Origin: a virus | Strand: one strand, 5' to 3' | Length of the DNA: 64,000 bases | IMG/VR virus record: IMGVR_UViG_3300044974_000943 | Shown: positions 1 to 10,466 of the stretch, in pieces | How the letters are laid out: every line of letters begins with the position of its first letter | Numbering within the stretch: position 1 is the stretch's first letter | The notes under the pieces: generated by a model | The model's database searches: none | Seen by the model: the letters and a program-made list of their open reading frames with translations, nothing else | What the model was told of the DNA's origin: nothing | Made by a program: the position numbers and the translations under genes

Positions 1-297
1 CCACTACCGTCCTCATTATCCTCTAGTTTTACAGCTACCTTATTCAGAACTACCCAATCAATTTTATATGAAATCATGCGTCCTCACGGTTCATTGGTGC
101 AATTTCGGGGTCAATCTCGAAACAGTCAAACTTAGCTAGGTAGTAACCCAAACGAAGCATTATTTGGGATTGTTCGGTTGCAATAACGTCTACTCTTGCA
201 GATGAGGGGTCTTTAGAAACAATTACCCCGAAAAACCACTCTGTAGTAGCTACACGCTCCTTCTTAAAAGCTGAGCCGTAACAATAGGCTTTCATAG

Positions 298-816
298 CTA
301 CACCTTAATCGCAACTTCGTATACAGCTTCGGGTTCAGGCAATGCAGCAACACGTTGTTTGAAGTCAAACTCCATCATCAAGATTTCATCACTGATTTTC
401 AGTGCTAGAATCTGTTGTTGCAAAGCTTCGATTTGCTCTTTCAGCTTTAGAATTTCACCTTCGTTGGATGCAATGTGGTCTGTGATTGCATCATCGATAG
501 TTTCTCTCAGTTGAATTAGCTCATCGGTCAACACGACTTTGCCAGCTTTGCGCTTGACTTGAATGCTTGATTTACCAAGCTTCGCGATTGTGCCAGTTTT
601 TGCGGTATCAAAGCGTTTTGTGAACAGTTCGGTCACTTTTATCTTCACGTCCTTCAACTCGGCTTGGACGCTCTTTTCTTGACTGCTCAAGTTGATTGCA
701 GAAAGGAGTAACTCGTTCTCTTCGGGCGAGAGTTCGGTAGTGGCGTTAGATACGGCGAGAAGTGGTTGTGTGGTCATGTTAATCTCCAAAATATAATCTA
801 AGTGCAATGTATGCAA
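298..816 (-). CDS. hypothetical coiled-coil phage protein (likely start ATG 777)
   Basis: ORF with a GGAG RBS before MTTQP; no recognisable motif. Confidence 0.6.
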   Translation of the reverse strand: MHTLHLDYILEINMTTQPLLAVSNATTELSPEENELLLSAINLSSQEKSVQAELKDVKIKVTELFTKRFDTAKTGTIAKLGKSSIQVKRKAGKVVLTDELIQLRETIDDAITDHIASNEGEILKLKEQIEALQQQILALKISDEILMMEFDFKQRVAALPEPEAVYEVAIKV

Positions 817-2086
817 AAAGTGTAGGAATACTGAGTGCCAATGTTAATGGCAGAATTAGATGTAGGAACATTAGTTATAAAGCTTGGCAACAAGAGCGCC
901 AATAATAAATCCAATAATGAAATAAGTCATTAACGTATAAACCTCTCTACTAAACCATCGACAATTAAAGACAGAAAAAACAAAATAAGACAAATTGCAA
1001 TAACTGCAATAAGAGATAGTAAAAGAAAAGTGACTAAATCGACCATCAGTACCTCGAATCACAACAAACTAATACTAAGCGCCAATCCTCTTTTCTGCAT
1101 CTATCTTAAGATGGATGAGTATCGTAAATAGTTACCCCAATTTCTGCTGTAGGGAATGTAGATATATAATCAACAATCAGAGAATTATTAGTATCTTTAA
1201 GTAAATTTGCCATATATTGAATAGGGTCTTCAGTGTGGTCAATATAGCCACGTAAAGACTTATCGAAGGTTAAATGACTTAGTGCTGTCTGGGGTTGTCT
1301 AGAGATGCTTGTGATGCGAATTGTGTAGGTCATGCTCGTTTATTCCTTGCTTTTTCAAGTATTTGCTTAATTTGCAAATATCTACCTAATTTTGTGAGGT
1401 TTTGCTTATCCCAGAAACAGTTCGCAGATACAGGCTCATCCCCTTCATATTTTAATGTGCAACTTTGTTCGTAAATGAGTTCGCAGTGGGGCTTCCCTGA
1501 CGAAGGTATCTGAGGAAACTTGTCAATCTTATTCCAGACAAAACCTTGCATCACACAAGACTGTTCTGTACTTGTAGATTCTAGGAGTTCGCTTCTCTTA
1601 TTGCGTAGAAGATGTTCTCTGCATTGACCTACACGTTCACCATCACAGACTCCTCCGACCACGTAAGTCTCGTAAGTAGTAGATTCATAAGGAACAGCAA
1701 AAGTAACACCTCCAGCATCAAAATAAGTGTAGTCTGTGGTTGTATGTGGGATTGTAGTTAGCATAGTAATCCTACTTTGTCCAATGACTCCATTAAGGTT
1801 TGAGGTTCTTCAAGCAATTGCCTTAGAGATTCTTCGTGTTTTGGGGCAAAATCAATCGATTCCATGTAAGTTTTTTGACTGTCATCTGCAAATACAAAAT
1901 AGAACCTAGTTAACGCTTTATAAGGCTCCCCAATGTTAGTGTTGACCATTTGCCGAGGCATAATTTGGCGCACAACACCTTCACTGATGAGATATACTTT
2001 GTCGTCGATTTTGAAGAGAGATTGTGGGTCGTCGTAGCGAAGTGAGGGATGGTCGCGGAAGTTTGTAAGTACTTTGTTGTTCATGG

Positions 2087-2626
2087 TTAATTGTCCCTGT
2101 TGATTAATTCAGAATATTTTTGCAAAACTGCCACAAATTCAGAATCAGTTAATTCACTAAACACTTCAGGAACATTCAACATACCTGAAACTAGATGCCT
2201 ACAATCTGAAAAAGATTCTTTCATAAGCTCTTGCACTTCTTTAATCGTGTTAAGACGCTCTAGACGTTCTTGAAGCAATTCATCAATATATTCTAAACTT
2301 AGAGCCAGCCGCCTTTCAAGTTGCCTTACTACTTTAGGATTGGCGGTAGTTCTAGTAATAGGGAATTGGTTCGCCATTGCATCAATCAAGACAGAGAAAA
2401 CTTCTGGAGAGTATTTGAACCATTCACCAGAGATTTTATGTTTGGCAAGAGCCTTGTGTATCTCTTTTTCCTCTGCAAGACCACCTGCAAATGTTATTAA
2501 GAGGTCAAGTCTATCTGTAGTGCCAACCTGAAGCTGTGAAAGTCTACTAGTCGGATTAGTTGCATAACCAATTTTGATTTCATTCTTATTGGGGCAATGG
2601 ATAGCGTAGATAAATGTTTGTGCCAT
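2087..2626 (-). CDS. T5orf172/MUG113-type GIY-YIG nuclease-domain protein (copy 1)
   Basis: FIYAI...IKIGYATNPTSRLSQLQVG...EKEIHKAL...SGEWF motif; paralog at 45948-46512. Confidence 0.85.
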   Translation of the reverse strand: MAQTFIYAIHCPNKNEIKIGYATNPTSRLSQLQVGTTDRLDLLITFAGGLAEEKEIHKALAKHKISGEWFKYSPEVFSVLIDAMANQFPITRTTANPKVVRQLERRLALSLEYIDELLQERLERLNTIKEVQELMKESFSDCRHLVSGMLNVPEVFSELTDSEFVAVLQKYSELINRDN

Positions 2627-2631
2627 GTTTT

Positions 2632-3330
2632 TTAGTGTTTTGGTTTAAAAAATTTAGTGGGGCAGGTTCCTGATGTTGTATATTCCCAACCAGCATTGAG
2701 AAGAATATCTTGAATCTCTTTTGTAGTAAGGTCTACAGAATCGATTGTCCTTTTTAGTTCAGGGATAGTGATGTTTTTTCTATTCCCTCTAGAGTAAAAA
2801 AGAGCGTAGGCTTTTTCAACTACAAGAGCATCAGCAATATTGCAGTCAATGAAGTCTTTGTCGTACTCAAGGTAGTTCTTAGCTTGCATGATGGCTCTAG
2901 AGATAGTTCTGTTGTCAAATTCTCTATACCCCACAAATCTAGCCAACTCAAGACGTAAATAGTCGTAGGCTTTGTAGACTGTTACTGTATCCGACTTACC
3001 TTTGTAATGAATTTTTAGGTTCTCGCCATCTTCATCTGCAACAACATCAAAATCGTTTAGTAGATAAGTATTTTGGCGCAAAAGCAAAGCAAGTTTGTTC
3101 GGTTTGATTGTTTTCCCTTCTCTGGTATTTTCGTTAGCAGCTATCAGTTTAGCTACCTCGGACAAGAAGCTTTGCGATAGTAGCTCTACTACTTGAGTTA
3201 CTTTGGTAAGGCTAGGCTCTTCATCAACACCAGTAAGCTCTGAAATAATTCGTCTGGTAGTCTCGAAGTCTGGAGGAGTTCTTCGTACTTCTATTTGTAA
3301 GTTACTCACTAATTTCGGCTCTATACTCAT
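2632..3330 (-). CDS. hypothetical protein, possible VirE/VapE-like N- and C-terminal domains without ATPase (copy 1)
   Basis: Clear paralog of 46513-47199 (YDYLRLEL, RAIMQAKNY, SGTCPTKFFKPK); the family resemblance is inference. Confidence 0.55.
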   Translation of the reverse strand: MSIEPKLVSNLQIEVRRTPPDFETTRRIISELTGVDEEPSLTKVTQVVELLSQSFLSEVAKLIAANENTREGKTIKPNKLALLLRQNTYLLNDFDVVADEDGENLKIHYKGKSDTVTVYKAYDYLRLELARFVGYREFDNRTISRAIMQAKNYLEYDKDFIDCNIADALVVEKAYALFYSRGNRKNITIPELKRTIDSVDLTTKEIQDILLNAGWEYTTSGTCPTKFFKPKH

Positions 3331-3596
3331 TTATAATGTTATACCATATTTTCAACGTTATAACCACTATAGCATACTATTTTTACTTAGCTTATAAACA
3401 AAAATATAATTTATAAGTTACAAGGTCTTTTATAGTGATTAAGGCTATAAGTACACATAAAAACGTCTAGAAGAAATTATTTTAGCTGTCTATAAACCTT
3501 TACTGTACCGTCCAGACATTATAAATATAAACATTACGATTAATCAGCATCATCATTCAAGACCCCCCTCTTCACAGCCCATCGGCGCATGAGATA

Positions 3597-3968
3597 CTAC
3601 CACCTTCGATTTGGTATATCGATATTATGTAAATTATCTCGTACCCACTCAGAGTAATACTCCTCATGATAGCTAGACACCGAACGTAAGGCTTCATGTA
3701 TTGAATTGTACCCACGCTCACACACAATACCAGTAGATTTTTGAACTACATACCATTTAGTACAATCAAACTCTGGAAGAGAGTACTTTTCGTGCCTAGG
3801 CACAGTATTGTAGTTTTTAGCTACATATCTTTCTGCCATCCTACTCGGTAAATTGGATAGGTATGCTTCTTTATGTTCTTCTAAGGTCAAGCAATGAGAT
3901 TCTCGCTCTACCCAAGATTCGGTAGCTTCGTATAGACCTTCAATCCAATTACGTAATAATTTTCTCAC
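3597..3968 (-). CDS. hypothetical phage protein
   Basis: ORF preceded by a strong GGAGG RBS. Confidence 0.6.
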   Translation of the reverse strand: MRKLLRNWIEGLYEATESWVERESHCLTLEEHKEAYLSNLPSRMAERYVAKNYNTVPRHEKYSLPEFDCTKWYVVQKSTGIVCERGYNSIHEALRSVSSYHEEYYSEWVRDNLHNIDIPNRRW

Positions 3969-4027
3969 TTTTACCTCCTTAAGTAAAGCTAAATTACCAC
4001 AACCTCACCCGCATTACAATATTCCGA

Positions 4028-4036
4028 TGGTAAGAT
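4028..4036 (+). promoter_or_regulatory. extended -10 promoter (TGGTAAGAT), 6 nt before ATG 4043
   Basis: TGn-TAnnnT consensus; same spacing at three other plus-strand genes. Confidence 0.6.
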
Positions 4037-4042
4037 ATAACA

Positions 4043-5440
4043 ATGACTACACTCTTCAGCACTTGCGTTGACATCACAGAAAAAGTAATTAAGCGGCAGA
4101 CCATCGCAGCAGCTTCTTTGCCGATTCTAGCCACTCTGCATGATACAAGCGGAGCGAATATCACCAACACCCTATTCGGCATCTCAGCGCTCAATTTAGA
4201 CGCAAGCTATTGGGACGTAACAGGCAACACCGTACAAAATCAACTTGACATCAATTTCGGAGAGGGACTAATCGACTATGCAGACCCCATTTTCCTCCGC
4301 CTTACTACCTCTGACGGCATTATCGTTGCTAATGCTGCACTTTCTGATGTCACCATAGAAACTGGCTCAGAACTTATTCTCTACTCTGGCACAGGCGTAA
4401 CGCTGACACTAGATTTCGGCACAGCCAAGCTAAGCAATTCAATACTCAATCTACTTTTCAGAGGAACAAACACTTTTCCCAGCGCACTGAGCGCCAAGTA
4501 TTACGACAACAGCAACACTTTACAAACCACAATCGCACTGACACCGAGCAAATGGTCAGAAAAAGGAGTTGGAGTACTTGGAGAGATATTTTTTGAGTAT
4601 GGCGAAACGCAGTCTCTCTCAACTATCAACAGCACAATAAATCTTGCGAGAATTACAGATGCAAGTAACAACATTTGGTTCGAGGCGGATATTTCGATTC
4701 CCACGACGCTAAAGCCAAATTCTATCGTTTATTCTAATAGTCTCGTTTTGAGGATTCCAGACGTTGCAGTAGATTTAATGTCATATGTATCCCCAAGTAA
4801 TAATTCGAGCCTCCTACACTTAGATTTTAATGGGCGGCTGAGTGACCAGAGCAGCAATTCAAAAATAGCTTCGATGTCGGGAATTGAGTATGAGTCAGAA
4901 AAGAAATTATTTGGTACGGAGTGCCTTATAGCTTCTGCGGGTACGTCAATCTCTTACGAAGGAGTAGTTTTTCCTAATGAGTTCACACTAAATACTTTTG
5001 TTTATTTTACGAGTCCTGTCGCGGGTCGTCTGACGACGCTGACAGAAAAAAATGGTGTATTCAAGTTAGTCAAAAACGCAGCTAACAGCCTCGAAGTTTC
5101 GATAAATGGGTCAGTGGTCATAACTACGCCTTGGAGTCCAGTGACGGGGCAGTGGCAACATATTTGGATACAAAAAACCGCTACTCAACTGAAACTAAGA
5201 GTGAATAGCGGAGATATAAATATTGTGCAAAGTTACACGACAACAATAGCAAGTAATACCAACCCGTTCGTAGTTTGCTCAGGCATTTTAGGGTTGTGCA
5301 ACGGAATATACCTTGAAAGTGGTGCAAGTGCCTTCAACTTAATGTCCCAACCACTACCCAAGAGAGTTTATAGCTGGGACGATGTTGGCTTTTGGAATTG
5401 GCTCAATTTAGAATTTCCTCAGTTGAAGAAATTTTTCTAA
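4043..5440 (+). CDS. putative virion/tail-associated protein with C-terminal LamG/ConA-like domain
   Basis: Ser/Thr-rich beta-strand composition; SLLHLDFNG...FTLNTFVYF...GQWQHIWIQK...LKLRVN resembles phage LamG domains. Confidence 0.65.
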   Translation: MTTLFSTCVDITEKVIKRQTIAAASLPILATLHDTSGANITNTLFGISALNLDASYWDVTGNTVQNQLDINFGEGLIDYADPIFLRLTTSDGIIVANAALSDVTIETGSELILYSGTGVTLTLDFGTAKLSNSILNLLFRGTNTFPSALSAKYYDNSNTLQTTIALTPSKWSEKGVGVLGEIFFEYGETQSLSTINSTINLARITDASNNIWFEADISIPTTLKPNSIVYSNSLVLRIPDVAVDLMSYVSPSNNSSLLHLDFNGRLSDQSSNSKIASMSGIEYESEKKLFGTECLIASAGTSISYEGVVFPNEFTLNTFVYFTSPVAGRLTTLTEKNGVFKLVKNAANSLEVSINGSVVITTPWSPVTGQWQHIWIQKTATQLKLRVNSGDINIVQSYTTTIASNTNPFVVCSGILGLCNGIYLESGASAFNLMSQPLPKRVYSWDDVGFWNWLNLEFPQLKKFF

Positions 5441-5441
5441 A

Positions 5442-6069
5442 TTATTTTTCAAACTTCACGTAAATAATAGTACGACCCTTGAGATTCTGCAATACCTCTT
5501 GAGCAGCCTCATTTAGCTTAGGAAACTTATTGCCCAGCACAACATATTTGACGTACTCTAGCTCCACTGCGTCAGGATGTATACCAGAATCAGTCTCGTA
5601 AATTTCTGCGGGGTCAGAGGCTAAGGAAAGGGCGAATGTAGATTTACCTAAAGCACTATCGCCAGAGAAGACGTAGAGACGGTCTTCAAGTACTCGACAA
5701 GGATTGAAAAGTGCAAGCAAAGTTGGTTTCGGTTCTGCGCTTCCGCAAGGGTAGTAATTATCGCCGCCAAATTCATCGACATCGAAATTTTCTTGGAACT
5801 CGTCTATATCTTCGTAAAATAAAGGAGGGTTAGCCATGTATTCGAGAGGGGGGGATTTTAGCAATCTCCTCTTTTCTGAAGTAGCCCCAAGTTGCGGTCG
5901 AATAACCTGAACCACATTCACCAGCTTGAGTAATAGACGAGATTTTTAAAAGTTTGAAACCAGTACTTGCAAAGAAGTCGTAAATTACATCGGGAAAAGG
6001 TGCGTGGGATGAAAAATTATTTGGGTGAAGTTCAGTGCGCTTGTTGTAGCCAAAAATAGTAAGTGTCAT
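5442..6069 (-). pseudogene. P-loop-containing phage protein split by a frameshift at a C7 run (plus strand G7, 5848-5854)
   Basis: ORF 5830-6090 (GECGSGYSTATWG) and ORF 5442-5921 (GGDNYYPCG, SGDSALGKS) join into one ~208-aa frame if one C is removed. Confidence 0.6.
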
Positions 6070-6128
6070 GTAAATCTCCAAGTGATACAATCAGTAAAAC
6101 ATTATTAGCTCAGCGCTACAATATTTCA

Positions 6129-6362
6129 ATGGATATAGATTTCACGAAATTAACCGAAAATCAAATAAAAATCGCGGAAAAGGCTCAGGGTCTAGCTTTA
6201 GTAGATTTGAGCGAGAAGAATAGCGAACTAGTCTCGGAACATCTTGGCTTACTGTTTTCACTGCTGGAAATGAGCGAGGTGTTCTGGGATGAAGATGATG
6301 ATGACGAGGACGAGCCTGTTAAAGAACCAACTCCGCAACCAGAAGATAGCAAGAAATACTAA
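6129..6362 (+). CDS. small acidic protein (MDIDF..., DEDDDDEDE tract)
   Basis: ATG 6129 lies 6 nt after TACAAT (6117-6122). Confidence 0.55.
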   Translation: MDIDFTKLTENQIKIAEKAQGLALVDLSEKNSELVSEHLGLLFSLLEMSEVFWDEDDDDEDEPVKEPTPQPEDSKKY

Positions 6363-6577
6363 GAACGTTTGTAACGCCTTTTTAGTCCTCTGAACGGGTC
6401 AATAACTTCTAAGTCTTCAGTTTTAGGGATTCGGAAGTCACGTTCAAAGTTTATCCAGTGTTTTTCCCATCTTTTTATTTGTTCTAGTTCTTCAGTGGTC
6501 ATAGTCATAGGTGTTATTTTGATGTTGTTAAGCTAGTGTACATGAAAACCCCCTAACTAAGCAAGTTTTTGAGTGGG

Positions 6578-7282
6578 TTAGTTACTCTGCTGCCTTAGTT
6601 CATGCTCCGCCATTAAAAATCTACGAACTAGACCGCTACGAACGACATCCTGAATCTGAAAGTCAACTCTTTTGAAGTCCTCCTCCATCAAATCAATTAC
6701 CCGCAAGAACTGCAAAACCCCATCTTTTTCATCTGAGTATTTCAGGTCGCTCTGAAAAAAATCTCCGCTTAGAATCAATCTTGCAGAATCCCCAAATCTC
6801 GTTAAAACTGACGATAATTCGTGGTACGACATATTCTGAAATTCATCTAAAATTGCAATACAATTATCTAGATTATTACCTCTAATGAAACTAGTACTGA
6901 CGAACTCGATAGTTTTCTCTTTTTTCATCACATCGTAGGCGTTAGGGACTGATGGTAAGAGTTTGTTGACAAGATATTTGTAGGGCTGTTCAAAAATCTC
7001 CTCTTTTTCTGCCTGTGAGCCTTTCAGGAAGCCAATGTTACGTGTTGGAACAATCGAACGGACAATTACAATCCTCTCGTATTTTCTCAATAAGAAAGAC
7101 TTGAGCGCCAGATACAGAGCGAGGTAGGTCTTCCCAGTTCCCTGAAAACCACTGAGTACGAGATTGTAGTTCTCTCCCCAGAGGTCGAACGCTTTCTGTT
7201 GGTTCGTTGTTTTTGCTTCTACCTTGAGTAGCTTTGAGATATCGAATAAAGCAGTGGATGATTGATTTCTTTGCTTAGCCAA
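6578..7282 (-). CDS. phoH: PhoH-family ATPase
   Basis: GFQGTGKT Walker A, IGFLKGS, FIRG, ILDEFQN, GDFFQSDL, DVVRSGLV. Confidence 0.95.
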   Translation of the reverse strand: MAKQRNQSSTALFDISKLLKVEAKTTNQQKAFDLWGENYNLVLSGFQGTGKTYLALYLALKSFLLRKYERIVIVRSIVPTRNIGFLKGSQAEKEEIFEQPYKYLVNKLLPSVPNAYDVMKKEKTIEFVSTSFIRGNNLDNCIAILDEFQNMSYHELSSVLTRFGDSARLILSGDFFQSDLKYSDEKDGVLQFLRVIDLMEEDFKRVDFQIQDVVRSGLVRRFLMAEHELRQQSN

Positions 7283-7642
7283 AATCGTCGCTCTTTGCTA
7301 GGTTTTAATGATTATAGCTTAAGATACTTCTCCATGCTTCCTCTTCTGTCTCAAAATAATCAAGACAAAGAATATTCGTATGTATATTCATAACAACATA
7401 CCCAACCACCATAAAAACATCATCTTTTATAAAATGTCCTTGGAGTACATTGAAAGTAGAAAGAATAAGTAACTCTCTTTTTCTGCCATCAGCCTAGAGA
7501 TATATTAAACAGCTTCATAATCTCAAAATCGAACGTCTCCGCGTACTGAGACTCAAATCAACTCTGTTGTTTTTTGCTTACGCCAACGCATTCTGACATA
7601 CATTTTTAGTAAAATCATCCTCCTTAGTGCGTATCTTTTATT

Positions 7643-7651
7643 TGGTACAAT
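7643..7651 (+). promoter_or_regulatory. extended -10 promoter (TGGTACAAT), 6 nt before ATG 7658
   Basis: Consensus match and conserved spacing. Confidence 0.6.
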
Positions 7652-7657
7652 AAACTA

Positions 7658-9430
7658 ATGTCAAGACCTCCCCGTAACGGATACACGATAAACAGCGACA
7701 GCGAACTTTCAGCTCTCGATACTGCTATCTTACCTGAAAATACACCCCTAATTAACTTCGACCGTAAGTGTTGGGGCATCCATACAGGCTCGTCTGATAG
7801 CCTCGCTGTATCGTCTGGTTTCGAGTACATACCTCAGAACCAAATTGACGCTTACACCCTGACCTCGATTACAATCTCGACCGACACATACTCACTTGAC
7901 CTCGCTACCGTTACTCAGTACCTCAGCATCACTCTAACAGCCAACACAACGCTCACAATTCTCAATGCTGGCAAGTACACGAAATATTTCATCGAACTTG
8001 TCCCAAATGGTCACATAATCAAGAATTTCACTGATATCTTCGCGCTACCTAAACAATACAGTCTAGCTACGCTTTTAACAGCTTACTTCGGCAAGCAAGT
8101 TCTCGAATTGCAATATGTCAATAAACTTTACGCGAATATAGACTATTCTGACAACATCACTAAGACAGGGGCTGTCGCTTATGCAGAAAAAATAAATTGG
8201 GAAGCTCCCTCAGACGAAGTTTTGTATCTGGCATTCTCATCTTCAACAACTGCATATACTGGTGCTGGCATCTCGGCTATCACAGCCACTGTAGGGACTC
8301 CGAGCATCAGTAAGTCGCGCCTCCTTCTTGGCTCTACTGGGAGACTGGAAGCAACCAAGGCTGTCTCGTTAGATTTTGATGAAACTGACTTTACTATTTC
8401 CTTCTTTTCTGCCAAAACGAGCGTAGGCGAGTATGGATGTATCGTGGGTAGCCATCGCTCTTCCAGTATTGGCTTTTATGTGGGTGTAGCGACTGATAGT
8501 ACCTTGTTTGCTGTCTTTGGTGGCGTTTCACTTTCTTGTGCCTTACCAGACGATATCAAGGAGCATAGCCTCATCATTAATCGAATAGGGCGAGTCTACA
8601 AAATATTTATCGATGGTGTCTTGAGCGCTTATTTTAAGGCTGTTAATAATTTCAACAATAACTCAACCGAGCCACTGTGTATTGGTAGTCTAAAAAATGC
8701 CACTGGGACACCTTCATGGACATCACAAAGTTGGCAAGGATATTTGCGCCAACTTACTATCAACACCAGCGCCAGCATCCCTTTTTCTGCCAATGACGTT
8801 CCGCCTAAAGATACCGCAACGGCGAACACAGTCTTACTACTTAAATTCAATGTGGGTGAGACGGATTTTGCCCAGCACAGCCTTACAAGAAGTTTTACGT
8901 CGAATGTTACAGTTCAACCTCTTATCGCGTCAGGAAGGCTCAACAAGTACTCTCATATAGGATATACCGATAGCAACTTAGAAATAACTGGCAATGTGAC
9001 GCTTGAAGCCAAGATATTCAATCCTTCTGGTAATACGCGAGGTGCGATTATCGATGTTGAGGGTGGATTTACGTGGGGCATCTATGACCTCAAGCTCAGG
9101 ATTGCCTTCGGCTCTTTCACGCTCGATGGTATAACTGATATTCCTGACAGCGTAGCAGTCGATGTAGCTTTTGTTAAATCTGGCACAAGCTGTTCTCTAT
9201 TCTTGAATGGCGAACTCGAATCAACTACAACAACAAGCGAAGTGATGAATGCAGCCTCGTCAAGCTCGGAATTTAGTATCAAGCGGTTATATAGCCAAGA
9301 TAGCTCAGTAGCAAGCCTTAACACCTCATTATTCCGTAGCAGAAGTTGGATTGAAATTTCACAGCTACGAGTTACCAAATCTGCACGTTACACTGGAGAC
9401 TATATTCCCGATATTTTTTATGGTTCGTAA
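7658..9430 (+). CDS. putative tail fibre/receptor-binding protein with two LamG-like domains
   Basis: DFTISFF...YKIFIDG...WQGYLRQLTI and TVLLLKFN...SLFLNG...ISQLRVTKSARYT; N-terminus resembles 9957-10466. Confidence 0.7.
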   Translation: MSRPPRNGYTINSDSELSALDTAILPENTPLINFDRKCWGIHTGSSDSLAVSSGFEYIPQNQIDAYTLTSITISTDTYSLDLATVTQYLSITLTANTTLTILNAGKYTKYFIELVPNGHIIKNFTDIFALPKQYSLATLLTAYFGKQVLELQYVNKLYANIDYSDNITKTGAVAYAEKINWEAPSDEVLYLAFSSSTTAYTGAGISAITATVGTPSISKSRLLLGSTGRLEATKAVSLDFDETDFTISFFSAKTSVGEYGCIVGSHRSSSIGFYVGVATDSTLFAVFGGVSLSCALPDDIKEHSLIINRIGRVYKIFIDGVLSAYFKAVNNFNNNSTEPLCIGSLKNATGTPSWTSQSWQGYLRQLTINTSASIPFSANDVPPKDTATANTVLLLKFNVGETDFAQHSLTRSFTSNVTVQPLIASGRLNKYSHIGYTDSNLEITGNVTLEAKIFNPSGNTRGAIIDVEGGFTWGIYDLKLRIAFGSFTLDGITDIPDSVAVDVAFVKSGTSCSLFLNGELESTTTTSEVMNAASSSSEFSIKRLYSQDSSVASLNTSLFRSRSWIEISQLRVTKSARYTGDYIPDIFYGS

Positions 9431-9939
9431 GAATTTTCTACTAGCGAGTCTAGACGTATCTCGTTACTTTTAAGCCATGCTTCGGTTTCAAGCACTTTAG
9501 TATAAAGACCTCGCATTTCAGGAGATTCTCTGTACCACGCATAGTAGTTGTCTTCTGCATTTCTTTTCCATGACATTTCATGGTCAGACTTCGCTGCTAG
9601 TTCTGCATAAATCGATTGGCTAGGTGTGGGTGGTTTTTCTCCAGAATCTTTTGCGGTTTTTGCCAGTTTCCTAAAATTAGAAATTTCTTCAGATTCTTGT
9701 AGTGGGGCAAATTTATAAATTCCCATCTTAGCTGCCAATTCAGCACTGATTAGTCTAGGGGAAAGTCCTGACGAAGCATCGTAATCCCACCTTTCGGTAT
9801 TAATGTAAACCCAGCCTTCACTTTCCATTTTAGTAACATACAGAGATGTAACTAATTGTTTCTGTTGTCTAGCGCTTTCTATAGCTTTATCTAGTAAGGC
9901 TATTTGATTTTGATACCAATCTAAGTTGATTTTTTCCAT
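9418..9939 (-). CDS. hypothetical phage protein
   Basis: ORF; likely start MEKINL. Confidence 0.55.
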   Translation of the reverse strand: MEKINLDWYQNQIALLDKAIESARQQKQLVTSLYVTKMESEGWVYINTERWDYDASSGLSPRLISAELAAKMGIYKFAPLQESEEISNFRKLAKTAKDSGEKPPTPSQSIYAELAAKSDHEMSWKRNAEDNYYAWYRESPEMRGLYTKVLETEAWLKSNEIRLDSLVENSYEP

Positions 9940-9941
9940 GA

Positions 9942-9950
9942 TGTTAAAAT
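9942..9950 (+). promoter_or_regulatory. extended -10 promoter (TGTTAAAAT), 6 nt before ATG 9957
   Basis: Consensus match and conserved spacing. Confidence 0.6.
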
Positions 9951-9956
9951 AAATAA

Positions 9957-10466
9957 ATGGCTCATCCAATCAGTTTCGATACACTTACTGAAGTTCTCAA
10001 TCTCGATGTCAGCGCACTTCCACAAGGTTTTGCGGTTGTCTGTATTGAACTCAAGTCTTGGCTAATATACGATGCCACAGCTTCCGATGCAACTGTCTCA
10101 GGGCAGATATTTGCTCCGACTGCTGGTGCTGGTCGATGGTTTAGGTCAAATAATACTGCAAACAAACTAAATATACCCACTAGCGTAACAACCACCACAT
10201 CAACCACTGAAGCTGATTTTACGAGCGTCGAGCAAATTAGGGTAGTATTTACACAAAACAGCACCATTAATCTACAGACAACTCTGAGAAATGGTGCTGG
10301 TAGCTTATTGTTGGATAGAAATAGTGGTAGCTGGACGATTACGGGCTTTGACTCCCGCTTTCGCTGGGGTAGCAACAGCGTCTTTGCATTTACAAGCAAC
10401 TTCGCAATTATTGAGTTTACTTGTATCAACAACTTGATTTATGTGAAATCGGTTACAAACTATTAA
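9957..10466 (+). CDS. putative virion protein, paralog of the N-terminal part of 7658-9430
   Basis: FDTLTEVLNLDVSALPQG vs INSDSELSALDTAILPEN; PTAGAGRWFR-type motif seen in phage tail proteins. Confidence 0.55.
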   Translation: MAHPISFDTLTEVLNLDVSALPQGFAVVCIELKSWLIYDATASDATVSGQIFAPTAGAGRWFRSNNTANKLNIPTSVTTTTSTTEADFTSVEQIRVVFTQNSTINLQTTLRNGAGSLLLDRNSGSWTITGFDSRFRWGSNSVFAFTSNFAIIEFTCINNLIYVKSVTNY

